Origin: Thermoplasmata archaeon
GTDB lineage: Archaea; Thermoplasmatota; Thermoplasmata; RBG-16-68-12; JAFNFQ01
DNA: 64,000 bases
Direction of reading: 5' to 3'
NCBI GenBank assembly: GCA_041489255.1
Contig: JBGPQV010000006.1
Coordinates: forward strand, 32,001 to 96,000
Shown here: one piece after another, positions 27,501-37,415 of the stretch
How positions within the stretch are numbered: the stretch's first letter is position 1
Layout: each line of letters opens with the position of its first letter
Notes under the pieces: generated by a model
The model's input: the letters and a program-made list of their open reading frames with translations, nothing else
Database searches by the model: none
What the model was told of the DNA's origin: nothing
Translations under genes and position numbers: made by a program

Positions 27501-27870
27501 TCACCGTGTTGTCGGACTCCCTGTAATAACTGATGTGAGGCGCCTCCGAAGGGTCGAGGACCAATGAAGGCCCCATGGACAAGGCGTCCACGCGTTGGAA
27601 CGACCACGAACCTCCAGTCCTCAGCGCGTAGACGAGTTCATACGAAGAGCCTGCAGCTCTAGCGAACGCAGCGTGAACCCTCCCAGTCGAGTCAATCGCA
27701 ATCGAGAGATCGCCTCCATCATCGGCCACAGGTTCGTAATTCCACGGGTATTGTGCAGCGACTCCATGAACAGAGAGAAAGACTACGGAATATGCAGCGG
27801 TCAGAGTCAGCCCCGCGACGATCGTGCACTGCCACCTGTACGTGACCACACAGCCTCCCGGATTTCTCAT
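24562..27870 (-). CDS. Secreted, C-terminally membrane-anchored surface protein (propeller, Ig-like repeats, CARDB)
   Basis: Signal peptide; SLALDxxGxPHISY blades; DxTPPxS/T Ig-like repeats; CARDB; three C-terminal TM helices. Confidence 0.9.
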   Translation of the reverse strand: MRNPGGCVVTYRWQCTIVAGLTLTAAYSVVFLSVHGVAAQYPWNYEPVADDGGDLSIAIDSTGRVHAAFARAAGSSYELVYALRTGGSWSFQRVDALSMGPSLVLDPSEAPHISYYRESDNTVRYAYRVGAFFFNETVEQVNCTAYITSLAMDTKGMIHITYWNYCTSVPPFWSYLQHATRNGSGWTIETVGKGWPFPGDIAPIVVDCTGHPHIAVLRLMEGAPPGGLRYLSWNGSGWSNQQANAPSDGSALEDLSLKLDSNDVPHIVYSDATKERHRYARYDAMFKAWLHQDVYVWPPSSFHIGFGRISLALDWRDLPSVSFMDHTDGSLMYAYSDGTHWFAENVQSSPGISGHLTLGLDPLGAPHILYGQVLMPNPTRLPVGHAWQVWPDTVPPSSSVDPITPYWRNSQPLQIGAMVMDRGSGIANVTLWLRHSIDNSTWASWSRYSTLTSAPWSWSFSFPTGEGYYEFHTTAFDNVGNSEPPPPTADATTGYDVTPPVSTAMPISPYWHTTPSLMVHATATDGLSGVANVTLLYSHAPLGNASWGQWTSFGTMTSPAWSWPFPFPDGEGNYKFHTIATDNATNVEGSKNVAEAVAGFMTPPDYVPANPQPPSPQTIGLSLLIQLSVEARNQGGNASAYSTLSFFDSLAPTTPFASFQVPPIPAGGTSGPFTTSWTSPSTQCSCSVSAVVDSEDNVTESSELNNVYTWTVNVVPGPITSLIIGQPNYTSTVTYVKSTTPLDFSILDQSGLGIRNTTYIIDGGNPVNYTAAGTFFLAGEGMHTIEWRSLDWAENLEEVSSMDLTVDDTPPATAISIGEPKHLVGGTFVRSSTDITLSTVDGGVGSNTTLFHLWDGTWTSWEAYTSSLNLAGRDGTWFIELLSHDYLGNSETIQNETLILDDSPPITTFSPANGPYTTATVFTLTATDSGCGVNVTRYRIDGGSWTVYSGGFTLPEGAHNISYYSNDMLNNTETERWLVVTVEGTTTPPEVAVNYKPIIALIFAIILAVVGTWSSKRKPWRGGKNKKAVAKAFMTASLPFIIAEAGTGVVSLVTGQLSMPPLLGAGTAVDLAILLAGTVVSILRIVRTKPSGTGEAGAPKNR

Positions 27871-28478
27871 CAGTCCTCAAGATATAATAAGCTGTCGAAG
27901 GCCAACGTGCGGTATCGCCCGTTTTTCAATCGAAGAATCAGCTGCGTTTCGCCGAAACCTGGCAATGTCTAACCATATTAATCGCATCACCGAATGCCAC
28001 AATTCCACCCGCAGCATGCTGTGGATTGAGAACGTCAACAGGCGGTTCTGCGAGCGTCACCGACTAGACAGAACACCACCGACCCATTTGGTTCCAGTCA
28101 ATGGACGAGGGGCCTCGAGCCCGAGTAGTTGGGAGGAACTGAGATCGAAATACTCGGCTCGCTTCTCCAAGAAAACTTCCCATATCATGATGGGGGCCTC
28201 CGCTTCCAGGGCACTCTACGGCTACGTCCGTCTTCGGGAACAGTACGCCAGTCCTTGGGGATTCGCGGGGTGCTGCCATCCACCGCGAATGGGAAGAGCC
28301 CGTCCCTCGCCGCTCCCCCTCGGTGTTGCAGGCTCGCATTTTTCCACCTTGCGCTTCATTGCCGGTAGGTTAATGTCTGGTTTGGATATTCATGCTCTGG
28401 CCATGCTCCCTGCCTGTCTGCATTGGACCGACCTTTCTCGGGGAAGGTTATCCCCGCCAGATGGAGGATCGTAGGCGG

Positions 28479-29261
28479 ATGACCAAGACCTCATTCCTAC
28501 GCGACCTCGCAGCAAGGCGTCGAATCGACCTCGAGTTGCTGGCCTTTCTGACGATAGGCCTCCTCATCGTGGACGGCTCAGTCGAACTCAAGATTCTGGC
28601 TACCGAAAGAGGCAGCGTATGCGTTGATCTGAACCAAGCCCTTGCTGGCCTGAGTACTTTCAATACCTCCTCAATGTGTTACTATCGGCCTGACTTGCTC
28701 GTGTTGGCTGCTGGAATAGTATTCGCTTTCCTTTTCGCCCTCGTCATCAGAGTCCCCCCTGAGGCTTCAAGGCGGAAGGGCGCATACTTTGTGCTCGCGG
28801 GATTCGCAAATGCTGGTCTGGCCCAGGTTCTCCTTATGTTTCCTTCCGTTACGCTCACGGCTGGAAGCATCATAGTGGGTGTGCTGGGTGGGCTCTTGGT
28901 GTACGTCGATCAGTGTCACTTTCTATTGCCGTCTCTCGAACGACTCTCGAAGGATGCGGGGAAGTGGACTTCGGCAGACCGGATGGCGGCCTGTTCCTTC
29001 GTCCGAGAGGAGGTCTTCTTCTGGTTCAAAGTCTCAACTGCCACGGTCGCTGCGACCCTTCTCTCGCTCCTCGCATCAATAGTGTCCGTAATTTGGCAAA
29101 CCTCATTCTCCACGGGCGGGAAGCTCGTAGACTCCGTGGTGTTTTCTTTTGTCGCGCTTTACGCAGTCATCGGCCTTGCGAATTGGATGGTCTTGCCCCT
29201 TTTCGAGATGTTGCAAAAGGTCCGTTCGATCGCCCTCGGTCTCGGGCAGCCCCAAGCCTGA
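28479..29261 (+). CDS. Multi-pass membrane protein
   Basis: About six TM helices; GGAGG at 28463-28467 precedes ATG 28479. Confidence 0.7.
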   Translation: MTKTSFLRDLAARRRIDLELLAFLTIGLLIVDGSVELKILATERGSVCVDLNQALAGLSTFNTSSMCYYRPDLLVLAAGIVFAFLFALVIRVPPEASRRKGAYFVLAGFANAGLAQVLLMFPSVTLTAGSIIVGVLGGLLVYVDQCHFLLPSLERLSKDAGKWTSADRMAACSFVREEVFFWFKVSTATVAATLLSLLASIVSVIWQTSFSTGGKLVDSVVFSFVALYAVIGLANWMVLPLFEMLQKVRSIALGLGQPQA

Positions 29262-29408
29262 GCAAGATGGACCCTGGCCTCCACGGGGTCGCACACGCTA
29301 AGCGTTGCCGCGCAGAGGATCGAAAGCCTCATTGCGCGCGCGTCAAAGAAGACACACACGAGCTCGGTGCTCAGCAATGATTAAGGTCCCTTATATGATG
29401 CGACCTTC

Positions 29409-29972
29409 GTGCTCGATTCCGTCTTCGACTTTCTCCGAAGTCTTTTCGACTTCGGAACGGAACTGTCGGTGCATGTCGAGATTGCCAAGGCGGAGGAAAG
29501 GGCGCAACTTGAATCGCTGAGGGAGGCGCTCGAAGAGTTCGTGGAGAACATCGTCGCCTGGTACAATGAAGTAGCCGACTTGGTTACACTGGTCGAACGC
29601 GACCTCCGCCTGAGACAGGTCAACCAGAGGCGCTTCCGACAGTACGGCGAACTCCTAACGAGCATGCTCGTCAGGGACGTTTACAGCACACAGTGTTCAT
29701 TCTTCCTGAACAACACTCTCCCTTCTATCGCAAAGAACCAGGACATCGACAACCATACCCGCAGATGGCTCACGAAGAGAATCCCCAGCCTGAAGGCGGC
29801 GTATAGGGCTTTCACTTTGGGGGCACACGACTTGAAGCGAGCATCGCTTGTTGCATCTGAGCGCGGGTATTCGTCCAAGGATCGGAAGGTTCTGGCGAGG
29901 CAACTTGAACACGCACTTGACAGGTGTCAACGCTCGAAGGACCGGCTTGTGGCCTTGTTTGAACGCGAGTGA
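29409..29972 (+). CDS. Hypothetical helical protein
   Basis: 187-aa ORF with a TATA-like CTTATAT about 15-20 nt upstream. Confidence 0.65.
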   Translation: MLDSVFDFLRSLFDFGTELSVHVEIAKAEERAQLESLREALEEFVENIVAWYNEVADLVTLVERDLRLRQVNQRRFRQYGELLTSMLVRDVYSTQCSFFLNNTLPSIAKNQDIDNHTRRWLTKRIPSLKAAYRAFTLGAHDLKRASLVASERGYSSKDRKVLARQLEHALDRCQRSKDRLVALFERE

Positions 29973-30404
29973 TTCTTCTCACTGACGTAATCGTATTTTT
30001 CATTCCAAGACACTTCGGCCGAGGCGATCGTAGCGGTAGTATGTGCCACCGCCGCCGAGCTGGAGCGAAGGAAGCGACTGCGACCTGATGGAAGTCGTGA
30101 GGGTACTTGCGTCAACGCCTTATGGCGAAACGAACAAAGCCATGCGCGAGCCCACCGGCGTTTCCATACCATGGAGCCCCTGATACCTTTCGTTAGAGCG
30201 CAATCCCAGGCCGATGAGGACGCCTGTGCCCCGCTCGCGTGATGAAAGTCGGCACATCAACTGTCACCGATTCTTCGCGGCGAGCACGAAAGCTCATGAT
30301 AGACTTGCTCTCCCCGGACGTACATCGAGGATCACTCTGGCGGGAAAGGTCTAAATGCTGTACGTGCCTCCCCCCTTGAGCCAATACCGGGGGGTCGATA
30401 GGAC

Positions 30405-31529
30405 ATGCGCATCACGAACTTCAGCGCGGAGAACTTCCGAATGCTCAGACACATGGAGCTGGGCGACTTCCGCGGGCTGAACGTGTTCATCGGCCCGAAC
30501 GCCACCGGAAAATCGGCTGTCTTGGAGGTTCTCCACCATCTTCTCGAATCCGAACAGATTGGCTTTCATCGGGACATCACGTTCCGCGGGTCGCCGGGAG
30601 CCTCGATTAAGTTTGCTGCCGATGTCGCTCTGTCGGACGATGACGCCCGTGGCGTAGTCGAAGATGTTGTTGCCACCACCGGCAAGGCCGCACCTCCGGA
30701 GGAGATTGTCAAGGAGTACGCCCTAGGCTTCCCCCGCTCCTTAACCCTGAAGTACTCGGGAGTCGCGCCGAGGGAGCGAGGGCAGAGCACACAATTCTCA
30801 AAGGAGCTACTGGTCGCATCGCGGCCGCTCCAGGACGCCGTGCAGAAGTCACTCCGTCCCGCGGTAAGGAATTGGGACGCCCAGAACCTTGACCTCCCGA
30901 CTTATGCCTATCGATCTGTCAATCGCCTTGTCTCCAGCCGGACCCTCTACCTGCCCGTGCAAAGGTGGGTTCCGGCAACCCTCCAGCCGGGCCGGCCCGA
31001 AAAGCCAACGCCGTCGGAGGTCGGACGATGGCTCCATCGAGCCCGCGTCGAGAAGCTCACGGATTTCGACGACTACGAGGCTCTCGTCTCGCGGCTACTC
31101 TCTCACGTGAAGGGCGTCGTATTCAGTACTGGCAAGAACGACCTGCGCTGGGGATTCGGCGAGGACGGCTTGCCGGAAATGACACCCGCGGATGAATCGT
31201 CATCGGGCACTGCCCACCTCAGCCTCTTTGCGGGCGCGTTTGTCTTTCTACCAAAAGGGTCTGTCGTCATCGCGGAGGAACCAGAGCTGAGCCTTCACCC
31301 CGGATCCCTTCGCAAGATGATGAGGGAGATCCATGCGGTCGCCGATCGACGGGCGATTCAATTCTTCTTCACCACCCACTCTCCTGTGGTCGTTGAGGGC
31401 CTGGACCCTTATGCAAAAGACCATGCGTTGTGGCAGCTCAGCCGGAATCCCGACGGCAGCGCGGGTGCCGCTCGATGCGACAGTGAGAAGCAGATCGAGG
31501 ATGCGATAAACTCGCTCGTCCGTACGTGA
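30405..31529 (+). CDS. ABC-type ATPase of the OLD/AAA_15/AAA_21 class
   Basis: ENFR, LNVFIGPNATGKS (Walker A), SSGT signature, EEPELSLHP (Walker B/D-loop), FFTTHSP (H-loop). Confidence 0.9.
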   Translation: MRITNFSAENFRMLRHMELGDFRGLNVFIGPNATGKSAVLEVLHHLLESEQIGFHRDITFRGSPGASIKFAADVALSDDDARGVVEDVVATTGKAAPPEEIVKEYALGFPRSLTLKYSGVAPRERGQSTQFSKELLVASRPLQDAVQKSLRPAVRNWDAQNLDLPTYAYRSVNRLVSSRTLYLPVQRWVPATLQPGRPEKPTPSEVGRWLHRARVEKLTDFDDYEALVSRLLSHVKGVVFSTGKNDLRWGFGEDGLPEMTPADESSSGTAHLSLFAGAFVFLPKGSVVIAEEPELSLHPGSLRKMMREIHAVADRRAIQFFFTTHSPVVVEGLDPYAKDHALWQLSRNPDGSAGAARCDSEKQIEDAINSLVRT

Positions 31530-31641
31530 CCGGGCTGGGACACGATTGCATGTGCAATCGGTGGCCTCGTGGCACACAGTGGAGTTCGCAGGCGGCGGTC
31601 TCCCCGGAAGCTCTTAATATCGTGGTGCTCCTTCCGGCCGC

Positions 31642-31950
31642 ATGCCTCGGAGGCACTCCCCGAAGCAGGTCAGAACTACAAGATACGAGATCGCGGGCTG
31701 GGTCATTCTGATTGTCGCGTTAGTGTTCTCCGCCTTCAACGCGACGACGAACCTCGGGGCTTACGAGAGGTGGCTCGCCTTCACGACAACCGCCACGGCG
31801 ACAGGTTTCGCGCTGATTGCGCTCGGAGCGAGACAGCAGGTCAAGGTACAGGAAGCGGAGACGGCACGGTTCAAGGCCGAGACCGAACGCATCGGAACGC
31901 CCGATCAGCGCGAGCGGATCGTGACGGGATCCTACGGGAGTGAGCGCTGA
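31642..31950 (+). CDS. Small two-TM membrane protein
   Basis: Two hydrophobic helices then a charged tail. Confidence 0.55.
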   Translation: MPRRHSPKQVRTTRYEIAGWVILIVALVFSAFNATTNLGAYERWLAFTTTATATGFALIALGARQQVKVQEAETARFKAETERIGTPDQRERIVTGSYGSER

Positions 31951-32119
31951 CGGCCATGAGTCCCCCTGCACATTGCTTACCGCGGACGCGCGATCGTGAC
32001 CGGGCGGTCCGTCGAGGACGTCCTGACGGCTCAGCGCAAAATCTCCGCGGTCGAGCTCGGGCTTGCCCGCGGACAACTATGAATCGGTCTTATGCCAAGG
32101 AGTCCTTCAACGCTTCATC

Positions 32120-32340
32120 ATGCCGGACGCGGTGGAGCTCGCCGTAATCATCCTGCTGAACATCGTGGGCTGGGTGCGGGATACGTGACCCTGCTCGGGG
32201 TGAAGGCGGCGCACGAGCGAGAGGAACGCAGTCGGCAGAGGCGCGAGGACCACACGCGGGTCTTTGAACCCGTGCGACGGGGGATGATTGTCGCGAGGGC
32301 GAGGTCTAGGGACTCGGCCGCGCGTCTCGTGCGGCACTAA
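32120..32340 (+). pseudogene. Probable frameshifted fragment of a membrane-anchored protein
   Basis: MPDAVELAVIILLNIV in one frame continues as GLGAGYVTLLGVKAAHEREE... in another. Confidence 0.3.
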
Positions 32341-32512
32341 AGGGCTCTGCGCGACCCATCCCCACCTGTCGCGCGGCACCGTTCGGCGCGCGCGCTTAGG
32401 GTCTGGCTCACATCGACAGCCGTGGACACTCGGATGAGCGTCGGACACCATAGATGGAAGTCTAGTTCCTGACGGCCCATCAGTTATTAATGTCAAGGCT
32501 GATGCCCGCACT

Positions 32513-34249
32513 ATGTCGCAGTCTGGTGATGCCACAAAGGAGGAGAAGCGCCTCTCTCTCGTGCTGTTCTTGGGTGCCGGTGCCTCTGCGGGCGCGGGCG
32601 TCTACACAACGCGTGAATTCGTCGTCAAGTTCAAAGAGAGTCTGGAGAAGGAAAGAGGCATGTTGCCTGAGAACTTCCAATGCTTCTTCGACGCCCTCCA
32701 ACCTCAGCAGGACGATGTCGAGGCGCTGCTGAAACTGCTCTACCAACACATAGACCTGACCGACGAGCCGCTGGGCAAGACTGTCCAGAGAAAGGAAGGG
32801 GTCGATCCGAGTGCGGCGTCCAGACTGAGAGATCTTCTCCTTGACTTCATTCATGGCGTTTGCTATGTGTCCGCCGATAAGGTCGACTACCTCAAACCCC
32901 TGTCGAGACTCCAATGGTATTCCGGTGGGGAACCGCTGGAGGTGTTCACGGCCAACTACGACACGGCAATGGAAGTTTTTTGCTTCAAGAACGGAATAGA
33001 GTTCAACAATGGGTTTCAGAGGTCTTGGGCTCCAGATAGCCTCGACAAGGACGAGAGCGTCGACGTGAGGCTATACAAGTTGCACGGTTCGGCCACGTGG
33101 TGGATCACACAGGAAGGGCGTCTGGTAGAGGTGCCCGTGCAATGGAAGGAGCGACAAGTCACAACCTATTACGGGTCACCCGCCGCGAGCTTGGTCGTCT
33201 ATCCGTATGATCCAGGCAAGAAGATTCCCATCTCGACTCTTGACCTACTCCCCAAGCTACGCGACAGGCTTCAGCGGGCTAAATTAGCCGTGTTTATTGG
33301 ATATTCCTTCAGGGATGCAGACATTAGGGAGATTCTCATGGACGCAGCTAGAAAGAACCGGGGGCTGTACGTTGTTCTCGTATCACCCCGTGCCTATGAG
33401 ACTTATCGAAAGTGGTTTGCGGAAACAGCCTCGGGAGTGCCTTCTCCCCTGAACGGCCGGGTGGTCTGCCTGCCATTTCTTTTCGAGAAGGTATTCGTTG
33501 ATCTTGTCGACGCCTATCTCTGGCCTCTCAGGAGAGGGAGAGAGAGCTACAGTCTGGTCGCATCGGAGGAGACGGCGATGGGAAGGATCTCGCCTCCTTC
33601 GGATAGTGAGTACGTTCGGCGCGCACTTACGGATTTCGCTCAGGCTGGCCACTTCGAAAAGGTGGTCGGCATCCTAGGGCAGTTGGGATCCAGCAAGGTT
33701 GATTGGCATCTCCTTAGCGATGCCCTTCCGACTGCATACGTCGTTGCCGAACTCTGTGCGGCGGCTGATAGTGGGACATTTCTGGGTGCAAGAATCACCT
33801 CGTACCTAGAATCGCACCCTAATAATGTGCGGCTGACGCCCCAAGAAACCTCAACAAATGGATGGAAGGCAACCGGCAACATATCAATGGTATTTCCAGA
33901 GTTGACTCCACTGGAGAGAGACAAGATAGCACTCAGGCTTCGAGAGCAATCAGAGCGGGTGAAGAGGATCTGCGCCATGACGCGCGAGGATAGAATCACG
34001 GAGAATGTCCGGAAACTCATTTCAGCCCTGGATGGCGTTGCAGTCTATCTGGTAGAGCGGTGGCCAGGCCACGGTTTCATCCCCGTCAAACAGGTAGTGG
34101 AAGATGGGTGCAGACGTAACGCGGAGTGGAATGTCATTCGAGACCGACTCTCGACTGTGGGCGAAGCTGGAGACAGTGATCTGCTTGAGCAGATGAGGCA
34201 ATGCGAGAGCAAAACTTTCCTCAACCATGTGAGGAAGTATTGGCAGTAG
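32513..34249 (+). CDS. SIR2-like (SIR2_2) domain protein, putative defence NADase
   Basis: LFLGAGAS, VFTANYD, LYKLHGS, VFIGYSFRD; long unknown helical C-terminal domain. Confidence 0.88.
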   Translation: MSQSGDATKEEKRLSLVLFLGAGASAGAGVYTTREFVVKFKESLEKERGMLPENFQCFFDALQPQQDDVEALLKLLYQHIDLTDEPLGKTVQRKEGVDPSAASRLRDLLLDFIHGVCYVSADKVDYLKPLSRLQWYSGGEPLEVFTANYDTAMEVFCFKNGIEFNNGFQRSWAPDSLDKDESVDVRLYKLHGSATWWITQEGRLVEVPVQWKERQVTTYYGSPAASLVVYPYDPGKKIPISTLDLLPKLRDRLQRAKLAVFIGYSFRDADIREILMDAARKNRGLYVVLVSPRAYETYRKWFAETASGVPSPLNGRVVCLPFLFEKVFVDLVDAYLWPLRRGRESYSLVASEETAMGRISPPSDSEYVRRALTDFAQAGHFEKVVGILGQLGSSKVDWHLLSDALPTAYVVAELCAAADSGTFLGARITSYLESHPNNVRLTPQETSTNGWKATGNISMVFPELTPLERDKIALRLREQSERVKRICAMTREDRITENVRKLISALDGVAVYLVERWPGHGFIPVKQVVEDGCRRNAEWNVIRDRLSTVGEAGDSDLLEQMRQCESKTFLNHVRKYWQ

Positions 34250-34817
34250 ATTACGAGGCTCCTCCTAGGTTGGCCAGTTCCTGTTGAAGTTGTCGATATT
34301 CCTTTGTTGAGACCTTGCACTCAGTCCCGTTGAGGGTGAGGATTCTCACATCACTTCTCATTAAGCGAGACCGCCCACGAAGAGAATGCCAGTCCCGATC
34401 TCCAGCGTGGATTCCATCCGTTGGAGACATCTAAGGTGCCGTGGAGAGGTCGTTCATAAACGGCAGATATGACCGCCGAAGGCTCTCTCCTTAGCCCTTG
34501 ACCTGGTTTACGGGAGGGGGATTATGAACGACCTTGTGGACCTTCCCCGGTCGAGATGCCGAGGACGTCGGCGGTGACCGCCGCCGGACTCCTCCGGCAT
34601 CGCCTATGTGACCAATTTGACCAGCTCCACGGACTTCTCCGCCACGCCCGACTCACTCGACGTGATCTCTCCAACGGCTTCTACGACATCTTCGTGGAGA
34701 GGCTGAACGTCCTCGTGGTGAGGCGATCGAAGGGAAGGGCCTCAAGGAAGCTCTCAAAGCGCTGGCGGAGCTCACTCACGAAGGAATTAAACGATTGGAG
34801 CTAATTAGTACCTATTC

Positions 34818-36134
34818 ATGAAATTCGAAACTGTTCTTGCTAGGCTCTGGAAGACTTTCGGAGACCGACCGTTCACGGTTAGGGAAGCTGCACTCTATCT
34901 TGGCTATAGCGCGCCTGATGTTCCGTCTAGGCCACACAGTCCGACCTCGTGGGGCGGCAGCGTCTCGCCCATCTGGAGACCTCGCCCTCCCGAAAAGACC
35001 CGGCAGCATTCGAAGGCGGACCTCTTTCGGTTACTCGATATGAAGCTCCTCCGGCGGACTCCCGCCAGCGAGGGTCGCCCGGGACGGCGTCCCTTCGCCT
35101 ACCGTGTGAGCCGCAAGGGGCAGCGCTATCTCGAGTGGCTCCAGGGCCCGGGACTCCTCGACGCGTTCAAAGATTTCGTCGCCCAATGCAGCGGCGCCGG
35201 GGCGGTGCCCGCGGGTGATCGGCTTCTCCGTCGCCTGCACGCCTTGGAGGGAGGGCCCCTCTACAACACCCTACTCAGCGCTCTTGAGCACCGACTTGAC
35301 GCCCTGCTCTATCACCCATCCGTGGAGGCCTCCATCGCCGCTTTGCGGGAATTCGCCTTCGCCTGCATGCTCGCGACCAGCGGTGCCCCCCTTGAGATGC
35401 AGCTCCGATCAGCGCGACTCCTCAGTCCCTACATCTATGGCCACTACGTCCAGGGGGGCTCTGAGAACGCGGGCGGACCTCCCGGCACGGCGTCGGACCG
35501 CGCCCTTCAGATCGCGAACCTCTACGCGGAGGGGTTCAAGCTCGGGCTCCAAGTTGGGGCAAAGCGAGGGCCCTCGGCCCACCCTGAGCCGGGACTGGAG
35601 GCGGTTGGTGACCGCACTCAGGAATCAGCGCGGGAAGAGCTGAAAAAGAGATGGAAAGACGCCGACGCCGAGATATTCGGACCGAGCGACGCCAAGCCGC
35701 CGGGCCCTGGCCAAGAAAGCCCACCTGGCAAACCGACGACCGGGGCAGATATTCAGAACCTCGTCCGGAATCTGCGCTTCGCGGATGAACCATCGACCTG
35801 GTTGACGATTCAGCGGATTATCCTCCCCCTCGCCCAGGGACACACCGTGACCCTTCGATTTCCACGACCGCCTCTCGACATCGCGGATTCGGCAGGCGGG
35901 GGAGGAGGGCCGCCATATGTGGAGGTGCCGCTAAGTCGGCAGGGCGCGGATCTGGACTCCTTCCTGAGAGAAGTCCGTGGATCGTCCGGGCGTCCTGGGC
36001 CCGTGTTGGAGGCGATCGTGAGGGCGTTTTCCCGAAGCGCGGTTCCCGCAGCCGTCTCCGCCTTCGGCGACTGCGTGGCGGACACCTATCTTGTCCAGCG
36101 AGTTCCCCGGAAAGTCCCTGTCCGAAGGGTATAG
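34818..36134 (+). CDS. Hypothetical protein with N-terminal winged-helix-like domain
   Basis: PFTVREAA...DLFRLLDMKLLRR...GRRPFAYRVSRKGQRYLEWL is a wHTH wing pattern; 438-aa ORF. Confidence 0.7.
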   Translation: MKFETVLARLWKTFGDRPFTVREAALYLGYSAPDVPSRPHSPTSWGGSVSPIWRPRPPEKTRQHSKADLFRLLDMKLLRRTPASEGRPGRRPFAYRVSRKGQRYLEWLQGPGLLDAFKDFVAQCSGAGAVPAGDRLLRRLHALEGGPLYNTLLSALEHRLDALLYHPSVEASIAALREFAFACMLATSGAPLEMQLRSARLLSPYIYGHYVQGGSENAGGPPGTASDRALQIANLYAEGFKLGLQVGAKRGPSAHPEPGLEAVGDRTQESAREELKKRWKDADAEIFGPSDAKPPGPGQESPPGKPTTGADIQNLVRNLRFADEPSTWLTIQRIILPLAQGHTVTLRFPRPPLDIADSAGGGGGPPYVEVPLSRQGADLDSFLREVRGSSGRPGPVLEAIVRAFSRSAVPAAVSAFGDCVADTYLVQRVPRKVPVRRV

Positions 36135-36647
36135 CAAAGCCTCCCAACCATGTCGACGCCAGTCGGTGTCACCGCCCCACTGCTTGGTGGCAAAGGTTGT
36201 CAGGAATTCTGTCGGGGTTCCCGACTTGGTATATCCCGCCTCTTGAAACGTGTCGGTGCGTTCTGGACATTCTTCCCGCTCACTCCCATTATCTTCTCAA
36301 GCAGGGGCAGGAATTTGTTCTGTAGCACGTTCTCAGGTCTGAATGCCGCCCAGGAGAAGGCGGTTCTTGCCGCCCTGAATTAATTCCAGCCTTGGCCAGG
36401 CCTACGTCGAAGCCGATGGTCGCACTACAGGGAGGTGGACTACCCTGCACACCTCACTCAGCGTCAGCCTCCCGCATAATTTTCGCCCTTCAAGCCGTGA
36501 GGCCGCGCTTCCTGCCCAATCTTCCCCTCCTCATAATCTCCGTGTAGGTTCTGAACCCTTCTTTATAAGCCAAAAAATGAATAAATGAGTCCCTTCCAAA
36601 CCGGAAAGGCCAAATAAGGGCATCAGCTTCGAGAAAGCCTACTTCAC

Positions 36648-37220
36648 ATGTACATGAAAGTCCAGCGGGAGGATGTAGTCCGGATTCCCCCTGAGAGGCT
36701 CGGAGAGAACCTCGACGCCCTCGCGAGGGAGCTAACGAGGACTTCGTTCGAGGGCAAGATTAGCGGCGACAAGACGCTGACCATCCTCGCATCGAACATC
36801 GAGCGCCTCGGCGAGGGCAGGATAGTCCACGGCGACGGAGCGGTCTACCAGAAGGTGAAATATGACGCAGTCGTCTTCGCGCCGCAGCTTCAGGAAGTCG
36901 TCGATGGCGTTGTCGTCGAGATACTCAAGTTCGGGGCGTTCATCCGCTTCGGCCCGCTTGACGGCCTGCTGCACATCAGCCAGGTCATGGACGACAGGGT
37001 CGATGTCGACGAGGAGAACCAGCGGCTCATAGGCAAGGACACGAAGAAGGACCTGCGCAAGAACGACAGGGTCCGCGCGCGAATCGTGGCGGTGAGCCTG
37101 AACGAGAGGGCGCCGAACGAGAGCAAGATCGGCCTGACGATGCGCCAGCCCGGCCTCGGCAAGCTGGAGTGGCTTGAGGAAGAGAGGTCCGGCGGGAAGA
37201 AGGGGAAGAGGAGGCGCTAG
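36648..37220 (+). CDS. rpoE1: DNA-directed RNA polymerase subunit Rpo7 (E')
   Basis: DVVRIPP, GDGAVY, FGAFIRFGPLDGLLHISQVMDD, KIGLTMRQPGLGK. Confidence 0.97.
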   Translation: MYMKVQREDVVRIPPERLGENLDALARELTRTSFEGKISGDKTLTILASNIERLGEGRIVHGDGAVYQKVKYDAVVFAPQLQEVVDGVVVEILKFGAFIRFGPLDGLLHISQVMDDRVDVDEENQRLIGKDTKKDLRKNDRVRARIVAVSLNERAPNESKIGLTMRQPGLGKLEWLEEERSGGKKGKRRR

Positions 37221-37223
37221 GCG

Positions 37224-37415
37224 ATGGTCCAGAAGGTCCCGAAGGCGTGCAAGCACTGCTCGCACATCACCGATGACGACAAGTGCCCCCTTTGCGGGGC
37301 GGCGACCAGCAAGGACTGGCAGGGATATATCGTCATAGTGGACCACACGAGGTCCGAGATAGCGAAGAAGATGGGCATCCATGCCAACGGCAAGTTCGCG
37401 CTCAGGGTTCGATGA
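37224..37415 (+). CDS. spt4: Transcription elongation factor Spt4 (RpoE'')
   Basis: ACKHC...CPLCG...WQG...SEIAKKMGI...FALRVR; follows rpoE1. Confidence 0.96.
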   Translation: MVQKVPKACKHCSHITDDDKCPLCGAATSKDWQGYIVIVDHTRSEIAKKMGIHANGKFALRVR

